The notes below the pieces were generated by a model. It was not told the origin of the DNA and searched no databases. It saw nothing but the letters and a program-made list of their open reading frames with translations. A program made the position numbers and the translations under genes. From a virus, in IMG/VR virus record IMGVR_UViG_3300045988_128069: a stretch of DNA of 55,904 nt; one strand, written 5' to 3'. Of this stretch, positions 9,145 to 17,319 are shown piece after piece; position 1 is the stretch's first letter, and each line of letters begins with the position of its first letter.

Positions 9145-9561
9145 TTAGCCCTCAAGGTAGGCACGTAGCGCAGCGCGTACAACTTCGCTGCGGTTGCCGC
9201 CGCCCGCAGTGACACGGGCGTCCAGCTTGTCCAGCAGCTCCTGCGGTAGCAGGACGTTGAGGCGGGCATCCTCTACCACCTCGCCAAACGCCGCCTCGTA
9301 GGTGTTGCCGTCAAGGTACTTCTCTGCCCACTCGCGGGCGGCGTCCTCGGTGATGGGGGTGATCTCCTCGCCCCAGCCCCAGTTGCCGTCCTGTTTTGGG
9401 AAACCGTTGCCGTAGTTGTGTATAAAATACTTGCCCGCCTTGGTGCGGTATAAATCTTGTCCGCGATAGTAGATGTCATTGGGTAAGCAATTGTTTTCGT
9501 GGACACCGAGCCGCTGGGCGGTTTCGGTGTTGTAGCGACTGCCGTTGATGATCTTTTTCAT
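9145..9561 (-). CDS. Hypothetical protein with C-terminal ribbon-helix-helix (CopG-like) domain
   Basis: C-terminus LNVLLPQELLDKLD..NRSEVVRAALRAYL. Confidence 0.55.
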   Translation of the reverse strand: MKKIINGSRYNTETAQRLGVHENNCLPNDIYYRGQDLYRTKAGKYFIHNYGNGFPKQDGNWGWGEEITPITEDAAREWAEKYLDGNTYEAAFGEVVEDARLNVLLPQELLDKLDARVTAGGGNRSEVVRAALRAYLEG

Positions 9562-9581
9562 GGTGTGGCTCCTTTTTTATA

Positions 9582-10013
9582 TTACAGCCGCTTTGCATCA
9601 AACAGCTGAGAAACGGATACGATCTCAAAGGGGATTTCCTCACGCTTGCCGGAGCTGGTCGGTGCGGTAATGGTCAACGCCTGCAGCGCCTCGTCAATGG
9701 CTTGATTATAGTCGCCTGTCACGCGGATGGCGGGGACGAAGGCAAAGACCAGATCGATGTTGCCGTCCTTGGCTTTGTAGTCGGAGCGGATGCCGCCCGG
9801 CACAGCGTGGATGAAGTCAGGCAGGGAAACCGTCACGGCTTTGTGGTGCGGTATGCCTTTGGGTTCGTGACCTTCGTAGCTCCAGCCTTCCGGCAAGCGA
9901 AAGTTTCTGTAGGTGTCGTTCTGTACGGCGGTGAAATAGGCGTTTTCGGCGGGGGTGTAATTGCCGGTGCGGTGGGATGCCAAAGCGATGGTGATGATAA
10001 TCTCGGTAGTCAT
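9582..10013 (-). CDS. Hypothetical protein (143 aa), first gene of the minus-strand accessory operon
   Basis: Track ORF; RBS AAGGAGAA before the ATG; 20-nt gap to the next gene. Confidence 0.6.
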   Translation of the reverse strand: MTTEIIITIALASHRTGNYTPAENAYFTAVQNDTYRNFRLPEGWSYEGHEPKGIPHHKAVTVSLPDFIHAVPGGIRSDYKAKDGNIDLVFAFVPAIRVTGDYNQAIDEALQALTITAPTSSGKREEIPFEIVSVSQLFDAKRL

Positions 10014-10067
10014 AGTGTTTTCTCCTTTGTTTGTGTGGGGTGTTTCGTATCTCTTATGTTGTACTTA

Positions 10068-10096
10068 TTATAGCGCATATAATATTTAATGTCAAT
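10068..10096 (-). promoter_or_regulatory. Consensus sigma-70/SigA-type promoter driving 10013..8665
   Basis: Minus strand reads TTGACA-17 nt-TATAAT (tgtcaa 10091..10096, attata 10068..10073 on +). Confidence 0.7.
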
Positions 10097-10225
10097 GATT
10101 ATTTGCAAAAAATATTATTTTATGTCAACAGAAGACTTTGGAATCAAAACTTGGCGTAAAACTGTCGCGTTCGTGTCGCACGTTTTTACGTCTATTTTTT
10201 TATAATTAAGCTAGAGGAAGCAAAA

Positions 10226-10603
10226 ATGGCTTACACACAAATCAATCTAAATCCAGAACACAAGCGTGTTGGAGATTGCACCGTTCGGGCCATTGCGGCG
10301 GGAACAGGGAAAAGCTGGGAAGATATATACGCAGCATTAGCACTTGAGGGCTATTTGCTGCATGATATGCCGACTGCTAATTATGTCTGGGGAAGTTATC
10401 TGCGGCGTAAAGGCTGGCGGCGGCACACCCTGCCAAACACATGCCCGGACTGTTACACCGTCGCGGAATTTGCCGCCGACAATCCGACTGGCGTATATAT
10501 TCTGGCTATGGCAACGCACGTTGTCGCTGTTGTTGATGGCGATTGGCTTGATACTTGGGACAGTGGCGACGAAACGCCGCTGTATTATTGGCAGAAAGGA
10601 TGA
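10226..10603 (+). CDS. Hypothetical protein, possible papain-fold cysteine peptidase
   Basis: Candidate Cys (VGDCTVRAI) and His/Asp (THVVAVVDGDWLDTWDS); recognition weak. Confidence 0.35.
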   Translation: MAYTQINLNPEHKRVGDCTVRAIAAGTGKSWEDIYAALALEGYLLHDMPTANYVWGSYLRRKGWRRHTLPNTCPDCYTVAEFAADNPTGVYILAMATHVVAVVDGDWLDTWDSGDETPLYYWQKG

Positions 10604-10609
10604 TTTACT

Positions 10610-11083
10610 ATGGCGTTTGGCGTACCGTATCAGCCTGGCTATATGCCGAACTATTATCCGATGGGGCAGCAGATGCCGTCGGCTATGCCAGATCAGCTTG
10701 CACAGCTCCGGCAGGCAGCGTATCCGCAGCAGCAGCCAACAGCGCAGCAAACCGCGCCTATTATCTGGGTGCAGGGCGAAGAAGGAGCCAAAGCGTATAT
10801 GGTGGCGGCAGGGAACAGCGTGCTGCTGATGGACAGTGAAAACAGCACATTTTACATTAAGTCCACCGATGCCAGCGGTATGCCGCAGCCCTTGCGCGTT
10901 TTTGACTACTCAGAACGCACGGCAAGCCAGAAACAGCCCGCACAGACCGCGCAAAAGCCAAAAGAAGAATATGTCACACGGCAGGAGTTTAACGCTCTGA
11001 CAGCCCGCTTTGACGCTCTGACGGCAGACAAGCCTTTGACGCGAAAGAAAAAGGAGGCAGACAATGAGCAACCCTCTGTTTAA
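10610..11083 (+). CDS. Hypothetical protein with Pro/Gln/Met-rich N-terminus
   Basis: Track ORF; low-complexity N-terminus, conserved-looking core IIWVQGEEGAKAYMV..FYIKSTD. Confidence 0.55.
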   Translation: MAFGVPYQPGYMPNYYPMGQQMPSAMPDQLAQLRQAAYPQQQPTAQQTAPIIWVQGEEGAKAYMVAAGNSVLLMDSENSTFYIKSTDASGMPQPLRVFDYSERTASQKQPAQTAQKPKEEYVTRQEFNALTARFDALTADKPLTRKKKEADNEQPSV

Positions 11084-11279
11084 CGCTCTTGGCGGCGGCA
11101 AAATGCCGGGCGCAATGGGGCAGTTCCAGCAGATGATGCAGCAGTTTCAGCAATTCCGGGCGAATTTTCAGGGAGACCCCAAGAAAGAAGTAGAAAAGCT
11201 GTTGCAATCAGGGCAGATGAGCCAAGCGCAGCTGAACCAGCTGCAAGCGATGGCGCAGCAGTTTAGGTCGTTTATGTGA
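11064..11279 (+). CDS. Small Gln-rich protein (71 aa)
   Basis: Track ORF overlapping the upstream gene end; QQMMQQFQQF.. low complexity. Confidence 0.45.
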   Translation: MSNPLFNALGGGKMPGAMGQFQQMMQQFQQFRANFQGDPKKEVEKLLQSGQMSQAQLNQLQAMAQQFRSFM

Positions 11280-11336
11280 CAGGTTTAATCCGTGCGCACG
11301 GTTAGACAATAAAATTTATTTGAAGGGAGTACAATT

Positions 11337-12104
11337 ATGAGTTTGTCTTCGGATGGCACTGTAATGACGATGCCTGTTCAGCCCGCGAATAGCGGTAGCG
11401 GCAATGGCTGGGGCTTCGGCGGTGACGGTGCTTGGTGGATTATTATCCTGTTCCTGTTCGTTTTCTGCGGCTGGGGCGGCAACTGGGGCAACAACGGTTT
11501 TGGCGGCAACGGCAGCACAGGCGCAGTTGACGGCTACATTCTCACCAGTGATTTTGCCAACATCGAACGCAAGGTTGACAGCGTAAACAACGGCCTGTGC
11601 GATGGTTTCTACCAGCAGGCGCAACTGATCAACGGCGTGCAGCAAGGCATGAGTAACGGCTTTATGTCGGCTGAAATCAGCCGCGCAAACCAGCAGGCCG
11701 CATTTATGCAGCAGCTCTTTGCCATGCAGCAGCAGGCGGCTACTTGCTGCTGTGAGACACGCGAGGCCATTCATGGCGTAAATTACAACATGGCAACGCA
11801 GGCTTGCGACACGCGCCAGACTATTCAGAACGGCACGCGGGACATCATCGAGAATCAGAACGCCAACGCCCGCGCGGTGCTTGACGCGCTGACGGCGCAG
11901 CGCATTGAGGCTAAGGATGCCAAGATTGCAGAGCAGAGCCAGCAGCTTTTTGCTGCACAGCTTGCCGCAAGTCAGGCTGCGCAGAATGAAACGCTGAAAG
12001 CCTATATGAGCGGGCAGCTTGCTTACTACAACCCCCGCCCTGTTCCGGCTTTCCCTGTTCCCGCACCGTATCAGTATGGGAATTGCGGCGCCTGCAACTG
12101 CTAA
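11337..12104 (+). CDS. Membrane protein with Gly/Trp-rich TM N-terminus, Gln-rich coiled coil, CCC motif and Cys-rich C-terminus
   Basis: GWGFGGDGAWWIIILFLFVFCGWGG, ATCCCETREA, C-terminal YGNCGACNC; RBS GAAGGGAG. Confidence 0.6.
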   Translation: MSLSSDGTVMTMPVQPANSGSGNGWGFGGDGAWWIIILFLFVFCGWGGNWGNNGFGGNGSTGAVDGYILTSDFANIERKVDSVNNGLCDGFYQQAQLINGVQQGMSNGFMSAEISRANQQAAFMQQLFAMQQQAATCCCETREAIHGVNYNMATQACDTRQTIQNGTRDIIENQNANARAVLDALTAQRIEAKDAKIAEQSQQLFAAQLAASQAAQNETLKAYMSGQLAYYNPRPVPAFPVPAPYQYGNCGACNC

Positions 12105-12166
12105 AACCGAATAGCAACTGTTTCCAAACAGGAAACTGTTCAGCTCCGTGCTGATTTTGCAAAAAA

Positions 12167-12202
12167 GCGGCGGGGCAACAGTCCCGCCGCTATATTTTTT
12201 AT
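12167..12202 (+). terminator. Intrinsic terminator
   Basis: GCGGCGGG / CCCGCCGC 8-bp stem followed by tatattttttat. Confidence 0.75.
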
Positions 12203-12272
12203 ACTTGTATTATTACTTTGGACATGATGGAATATAAAATATGACATGTTATAAATGTAAAGAGGTGTTTTT

Positions 12273-12929
12273 ATGTCCAAAGTAATTGACATAACCGGGA
12301 AAACTTTTTCACAACTCACCGTTCTTTGTAGAAATGGCTCAGATTCAAAAGGGAAAGCTGTATGGACTTGTGTTTGCTCATGTGGAAATGTTGTTGATGT
12401 CGATGGAACTCGTCTTAGAAATGGCAGCGTTAAAAGCTGTGGATGCTTAAAACATAAAGCATACACTTCCACGCACCACATGGCGAGAACTCGATTATAC
12501 TATGCGTGGGCTAATATGAGGAACCGCTGTAAGCGCGAATCGGTTAAAAGCTATAAAGATTACGGCGCTCGCGGAATAAAAGTTTGCGCAGAATGGGAAA
12601 ATTCTTTTGAGTCGTTTCGAGACTGGGCACTCGAAAATGGATATTCAGACGACTTGACAATAGAGCGGAAAAACCACGATGGAAATTATTGCCCAGAAAA
12701 TTGTTGCTGGGTTACAAAAGCTGCGCAAGCAAACAACCGCAGAATGTGTGTGGAAATCGAATATAATGGCAGAACTCAAAATCTTATGCAATGGTGTAAC
12801 GAATTAGGATTAAATTATAAACGTATCCACAATAGAATGAATAAACTAGGCATGACTTTTGAAGAGGCCATTAGCAAACCGGTTGAGACAAATAAACGAA
12901 ACAAGAAAGCGAGGACTATTTATGGCTGA
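12273..12929 (+). CDS. Zn-ribbon DNA-binding protein of the same N-terminal family, paralog 2 (AT-rich gene)
   Basis: GKTFSQLTV..CVCSCG..SCGC, then LYYAWANMRNRC..YKDYGARGIKVCAEW. Confidence 0.6.
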   Translation: MSKVIDITGKTFSQLTVLCRNGSDSKGKAVWTCVCSCGNVVDVDGTRLRNGSVKSCGCLKHKAYTSTHHMARTRLYYAWANMRNRCKRESVKSYKDYGARGIKVCAEWENSFESFRDWALENGYSDDLTIERKNHDGNYCPENCCWVTKAAQANNRRMCVEIEYNGRTQNLMQWCNELGLNYKRIHNRMNKLGMTFEEAISKPVETNKRNKKARTIYG

Positions 12930-13344
12930 ATTTACAGCATCAAACACTCAAATCGTTGCCGCAGGGCAGAATGTGCCGCTTACCGAAACGGCAGTTTGCG
13001 GAAAAAGCTGTATTGTTCACCGTGCCGGGTCTGGTATTGTAACGCTGCGCGGTTTGACAAATCAGTGCAAGGCACGATTCAAAATTTCGTTTGGGGCGAA
13101 TATCGCAATTCCAACTGGAGGAACAGTTGAAGCAATTTCAGCTTCTCTTGCAATCAATGGTGAGCCGCTGAATAGCGCCACAGCAACCGTGACACCTGCG
13201 GCAGTTGAGAATTTCTTCAATATTTACATTGCTGCATTTATCGATGTCCCTCGTGGATGCTGCGTAACAATAGCGGCGGAAAATAGCAGCACGCAGGCAA
13301 TTTCCGTATCCAACAGCAATCTGATTGTTGAACGCGAAAGTTAA
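12922..13344 (+). CDS. Hypothetical protein, possibly C1q/TNF-like beta-sandwich (BclA C-terminal-domain-like)
   Basis: ATG 12922 overlaps the upstream gene end; alternating beta-strand pattern; assignment tentative. Confidence 0.35.
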   Translation: MAEFTASNTQIVAAGQNVPLTETAVCGKSCIVHRAGSGIVTLRGLTNQCKARFKISFGANIAIPTGGTVEAISASLAINGEPLNSATATVTPAAVENFFNIYIAAFIDVPRGCCVTIAAENSSTQAISVSNSNLIVERES

Positions 13345-13361
13345 GAAAGGGGAAAATAACA

Positions 13362-13673
13362 ATGAGCATGAAAGCAATGAATGACATCCGGGAAATGCTT
13401 TGTGATGAACTGGATGAAGTTTCCCGTCACGGCACTTTGAATGTTCGTGATCTTGACGTGGTTTACAAGGTCACACAGAGCATTGCCAACCTTGATGACA
13501 TCATGGAAGAAGAGGGTTACAGCCATGATGGCGGTTGGGAAGCAAAAATGCGCGGGAGTTATGGCAACGATATGCGCCGTGACCGCCGTTATGCGGATGA
13601 CATGCGCCGCAGGATGGACACAGACCAGGATGACCGCGAATATAAACGCCGCTATGCGGAGGATATGCGCTGA
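13362..13673 (+). CDS. Hypothetical protein with Arg/Asp/Met-rich repetitive C-terminus
   Basis: Track ORF, RBS AAAGGGG; DMRRDRRYADDMRRRMD..RRYAEDMR. Confidence 0.5.
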   Translation: MSMKAMNDIREMLCDELDEVSRHGTLNVRDLDVVYKVTQSIANLDDIMEEEGYSHDGGWEAKMRGSYGNDMRRDRRYADDMRRRMDTDQDDREYKRRYAEDMR

Positions 13674-13689
13674 ACAGGGGGTGTAATGC

Positions 13690-14154
13690 TTGAAAGAGCT
13701 TACATACAAGGACTTTGAGGACTATGAACAGCGCTTGATGGAAGAAGCCTATTATTGCATGGGTGATGCAATATCCTCCAAAAGCCTGACAGAATTTGAA
13801 AGCATTGTGCGCTGTTACGTTGCCATGAATGACTTTGCAAGAATGCTTCGCATCGCAAAAGATTCCGGCGACTTGAAACAATGGGTGCATAACATGGAAA
13901 ACGCTGATGGCTCCACCGGCGAACACTGGACGATAGAACAGACCTCTACTTACATGGCCCCGCGTGGGATGGATTGCACAAAAGAAGAATTCTATGCGGC
14001 CATGAACATGATGTTCAGTGACTACTATCCGGCAGCTAAAAAGCACAACGTGAACATGGCTGAATTTTATGCAGACCTCGCAGCGGATTTTATCAATGAT
14101 AAGGACGCATCCAAAGATAAGGTGGAAAAATATTACGAGTGTGTTGTAGAATGA
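13690..14154 (+). CDS. Conserved hypothetical protein (family usually paired with the preceding gene in Firmicutes)
   Basis: TTG start after AGGGGG; motif GEHWTIEQT..MNMMFSDYY..EFYADLA. Confidence 0.5.
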   Translation: MKELTYKDFEDYEQRLMEEAYYCMGDAISSKSLTEFESIVRCYVAMNDFARMLRIAKDSGDLKQWVHNMENADGSTGEHWTIEQTSTYMAPRGMDCTKEEFYAAMNMMFSDYYPAAKKHNVNMAEFYADLAADFINDKDASKDKVEKYYECVVE

Positions 14155-14290
14155 GTGAATTTTTGGAAACCATGAAAAGTGCAGATTCCGGCCATGCTTG
14201 GCGCGTACTGGATGAATTTATGGAAGCACTAAAGGAAGCAAAACCGGAAACGTATGCAGGATTGATGCACGATTTGAAAAGGACTTCATA
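14150..14290 (+). CDS. Small hypothetical protein (46 aa)
   Basis: ATGA-type overlap with the upstream stop; followed by a terminator. Confidence 0.35.
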
Positions 14291-14304
14291 AAATATTTTT
14301 TCCC

Positions 14305-14347
14305 AAAGGACGGCTTCACAATAGCTTGCAGCCGTCCTTTGCTTTTG
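14305..14347 (+). terminator. Intrinsic terminator closing the accessory region
   Basis: AAAGGACGGCT / AGCCGTCCTTT stem followed by gcttttgc. Confidence 0.7.
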
Positions 14348-14453
14348 CTGGCTCAAAAATAAAAAAATAATTTCAAAAAAGTCTGTGCTAACCCTGCACA
14401 ATCCCGCACCAAAAACGCACCAAAATCCCGATAAAACGGATTGCAAAAAGTGT

Positions 14454-14514
14454 ATGCACCATGAATGCACCATGAATAATATACATTTTTGAACGTTTTT
14501 GAACGTTTTTGAAC
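14454..14514. repeat. Short direct repeats in the attP arm (ATGCACCATGA x2; TTTTTGAAC x3 at 10-bp period)
   Basis: 14454..14475 and 14486..14514 read directly; AT-rich non-coding DNA next to int. Confidence 0.7.
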
Positions 14515-14579
14515 AAACAAAAAACCGCTAAACATCGCTGCTTAACGGCTTTTTGCTGTCTTATCGACAATATTCATTT

Positions 14580-14607
14580 TGGAGCGGGATACGAGTCTCG
14601 AACTCGG
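14580..14607 (-). other. Probable attP core: 3' end of a tRNA gene (T-arm, acceptor 3' strand, CCA)
   Basis: Minus strand reads CCGAGTTCGAGACTCGTATCCCGCTCCA; no D or anticodon arm upstream, so a fragment only. Confidence 0.5.
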
Positions 14608-14755
14608 TTTCAACTTCGATATAACGTAGAATTTATGTATAAAAACCAAACTTGCACCAAAACAAAAATCGAAAATTTTCACAAATCCTATTTACTGTAC
14701 AGAGCGAAATTTTAACATTTGATAAGTGACCTTTATTGTACTTTTTGCATTTGCC

Positions 14756-15907
14756 CTATAAAACGCTTTCCAATTTTTTGCGGGCATCTTCCATCATTTG
14801 GGGCTTTATAGACAAATAAACCTCGTGAATCATTTTAGCATTAGCGTGGCCCACAAGTTGAATGGCTATTTCTTCTGCTACTCCTGCCATTGCCAGCATG
14901 CAAACATACTCATGACGGAACTGGTGCCCGCAAACGGGAACTTTCCAAACAGTGTATTTTACAGTTTCTACCCTGTTGCGCCGATGTACCTGTTTGGTTT
15001 TTGGCACTGCCTGTGCAACGCCGTATTTCTTCCAGAACCGCGCCCAGAGAATATCATATTGCTTGCGCGTTATTGGTTCGGTTTTTAAGCCCACAATATA
15101 GGTGTTTTTTGGCAGCGTTCGTATTGGCTGCAATGCGTCTTTTAACATCCCCAATAATGGAACCTCCCGGATACCGGCAGGGGTTTTTGTAAAGTCATTT
15201 AAGATTGGTTCGTTACCGATATGTGTAACGGTCTTTGATATGCTGATAACATTTTTTTCAAAGTCAATGTCTTTCAGCTGAATGGCGCACATTTCACCGC
15301 GCCGTTCTCCTGTGCAGAGATAAGCAACGGGGAGAAGTGCATCAGGGTCAAGATAGTGTTCCTTTACGATTTGCACTTCGGCTGTTGTTGGGGGCTGCCG
15401 TTTGCCCTTATGCAGGCCGCGCGGCATTTTGGTCTGTGCGGCTGGGTTTATATCCCCACGCCACTTAGGGCTGTCAATCCAATACTGGAAGATGTTGTTT
15501 ATCACAGTCTTTTGGTTTGAAACGGTCGTTGCGGCCCTCCCGGCCATTTCAGGCCCGCGCAGAAACTCTGCAATCATGTAAGGCTCAATTTCCCGCATTC
15601 TGTATTCACCAAATTCGGTTTTGGCACGCTTGATGGCTGGCAGATAACTTCTTTTTGTTCCCTCTTTCATGCCGGAGACAATGATTTCATATTCGTTTGC
15701 CACAGTTTCAAACAGTGGCCCGGCGGATGCTTTTGCCTTTTCCTGCTGTTCCTTTTCTTCATGCTCTTCTTTGGCATCCTCAATCTTTTGCCAAACCTCT
15801 GCTGGTGTCTTAGCTGAAAAGGTTTTCCAAATGCCACCTATCATCTCTTTCCGCTGGTATCTTCCGTCTTTTCTGTGAAAGAGCCCAACTGTCAAATCCT
15901 TTTTCAT
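14756..15907 (-). CDS. int: Tyrosine recombinase / phage integrase
   Basis: C-terminal HQFRHEY..LVGHAN..EVYL catalytic region; GGAGGG RBS before ATG 15907 (track ORF extends to 15922). Confidence 0.9.
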   Translation of the reverse strand: MKKDLTVGLFHRKDGRYQRKEMIGGIWKTFSAKTPAEVWQKIEDAKEEHEEKEQQEKAKASAGPLFETVANEYEIIVSGMKEGTKRSYLPAIKRAKTEFGEYRMREIEPYMIAEFLRGPEMAGRAATTVSNQKTVINNIFQYWIDSPKWRGDINPAAQTKMPRGLHKGKRQPPTTAEVQIVKEHYLDPDALLPVAYLCTGERRGEMCAIQLKDIDFEKNVISISKTVTHIGNEPILNDFTKTPAGIREVPLLGMLKDALQPIRTLPKNTYIVGLKTEPITRKQYDILWARFWKKYGVAQAVPKTKQVHRRNRVETVKYTVWKVPVCGHQFRHEYVCMLAMAGVAEEIAIQLVGHANAKMIHEVYLSIKPQMMEDARKKLESVL

Positions 15908-16007
15908 CTTGCAGCCCTCCAAAAAATGTTTTATAATGAAACCGTCAACTTTTCATGTTGACGGCCCTTTATCCCTTGCTGGTGTGGCACCACCGGCAGG
16001 GGATTTT

Positions 16008-16601
16008 TTATTTTTCCCTTGCGTTATATTCGCCGTTGCCTGCCACAACGGCAGCTTCTCCGGCTTGCAGGCATATTTGCAGGCGGTCAAAGTCCGGCTT
16101 GGTGCTTTCCGGGCAAGGGTCTGCACCTGTTGCGGTATCTATTCTATAGTTCTGTATCACGGCCTGGCAGACGCGTACACGGCTTTGCATGGACGTATGA
16201 GCGTTAGCGCATAACAAGTCTATCTGGCCAGCCCAATCGCTTCCATGCGCCCCGCACAGGATATACAGCAGGCGGCGCTTGTATTGGCTCGGCATCTGGG
16301 CGATATAATCAGAAAGCGCCTTGTCTACCTGTTCGTCCGTCCAGTTTGGCGTATCGGTATCGCTGAATGCAGACGGCATCCAGATGCGCTGAAGCCAGCG
16401 CCAGGGGGATTGTTTGCAGACGGTGAACCACATCAACAGATCATCGTTTCGGATAGGGGAAAGCCCTTCTTCCCAGTTGCGCACCGTGCGGATGTTCACA
16501 TCCATCTGCCGGGCTACATATTCTTGCGAAAGCCCGGATTCCAACCGGCACTGCGAAAGAATAAGTCCTTCACGTTCTCGGAAATCAGCTCTACTTTCCA
16601 T
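16008..16601 (-). CDS. XRE-family HTH regulator with a C-terminal domain of unknown function
   Basis: N-terminal LSQEYVARQMDVNIRTVRNWE HTH; adjacent to int. Confidence 0.65.
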   Translation of the reverse strand: MESRADFREREGLILSQCRLESGLSQEYVARQMDVNIRTVRNWEEGLSPIRNDDLLMWFTVCKQSPWRWLQRIWMPSAFSDTDTPNWTDEQVDKALSDYIAQMPSQYKRRLLYILCGAHGSDWAGQIDLLCANAHTSMQSRVRVCQAVIQNYRIDTATGADPCPESTKPDFDRLQICLQAGEAAVVAGNGEYNAREK

Positions 16602-16786
16602 TTCATCACCCTCAATTTTTTACATGTTTTGCACTTCAAATGCGGTAAGATTTTTATACAACAACAGTCAAAAAAATATAAAGAAATATTTCTTCAAAAA
16701 ATGTCATGGAAATAAATGGAAGTCATGGCATAAAAAAACGTGTTAAGATTCTAACTGTAATTAAAAAAACGCAGGAGGAATCAACA

Positions 16787-16906
16787 ATGAATAACGTGGA
16801 ACGTCTAAAGAATTACCAAAACCGTAATGCGGCAACCATTGAAGCCTTGTATTGCGCTGTGCTGCAAGACCGAGCACGGAGGGAAAACAGCCATGAAACT
16901 GCCTGA
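16787..16906 (+). CDS. Small hypothetical protein (39 aa)
   Basis: Strong RBS GCAGGAGG 7 nt before the ATG. Confidence 0.3.
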   Translation: MNNVERLKNYQNRNAATIEALYCAVLQDRARRENSHETA

Positions 16907-17075
16907 TTTAACCACCCCACCAAAACACGGACGCAAAAGGCCGAAAAACCGGACAGTAAAGCGCGAAACCTGAAATTTGTGCGTTTTGCTAATTGACCGT
17001 TACAGCAATCTGTAATAAGATGTAAGCACAACACATAGTTGTCAAAATGACAACTTACAACTAAGGGGGTAAACA

Positions 17076-17315
17076 ATGGGCCAAGTGAATAAAAATCTTG
17101 TTTCGCACTCAGACCATAACTTTGCACTGTTCCGGCTTAACGATCAGGGCCAGATTTGCCTTGATGATTATGTGATACCCTGGGTAACGCACTTTGAAAT
17201 GCAGAACTTTGCGAAGGGAACCGCGCAGCTGAACCTTGAAATCATCGTGCGGTTAGATAAAGAAATGACCCTCCACGAAGCGGAAAATCAAAGCGACAAC
17301 TTCAATGCGCTATGA
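17076..17315 (+). CDS. Hypothetical protein (79 aa)
   Basis: Track ORF, RBS AAGGGGG. Confidence 0.5.
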   Translation: MGQVNKNLVSHSDHNFALFRLNDQGQICLDDYVIPWVTHFEMQNFAKGTAQLNLEIIVRLDKEMTLHEAENQSDNFNAL

Positions 17316-17319
17316 TGTT

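Noticed and set aside
9145-10013. Toxin-antitoxin pair (RHH protein plus upstream 143-aa protein)
   Set aside because: The RHH domain is C-terminal on a 138-aa protein rather than a small antitoxin, and neither partner shows a recognisable toxin fold or motif. The gene order and sizes are atypical for a TA pair. The locus is left as an unknown operon.
10610-13344. Interpretation of the moron proteins as spore coat or exosporium proteins
   Set aside because: This rests only on compositional resemblance (a Gly-rich TM segment like tiny sporulation proteins, a BclA-C-like strand pattern). The host is unknown and may not sporulate, so I keep this as speculation and not as an annotation.
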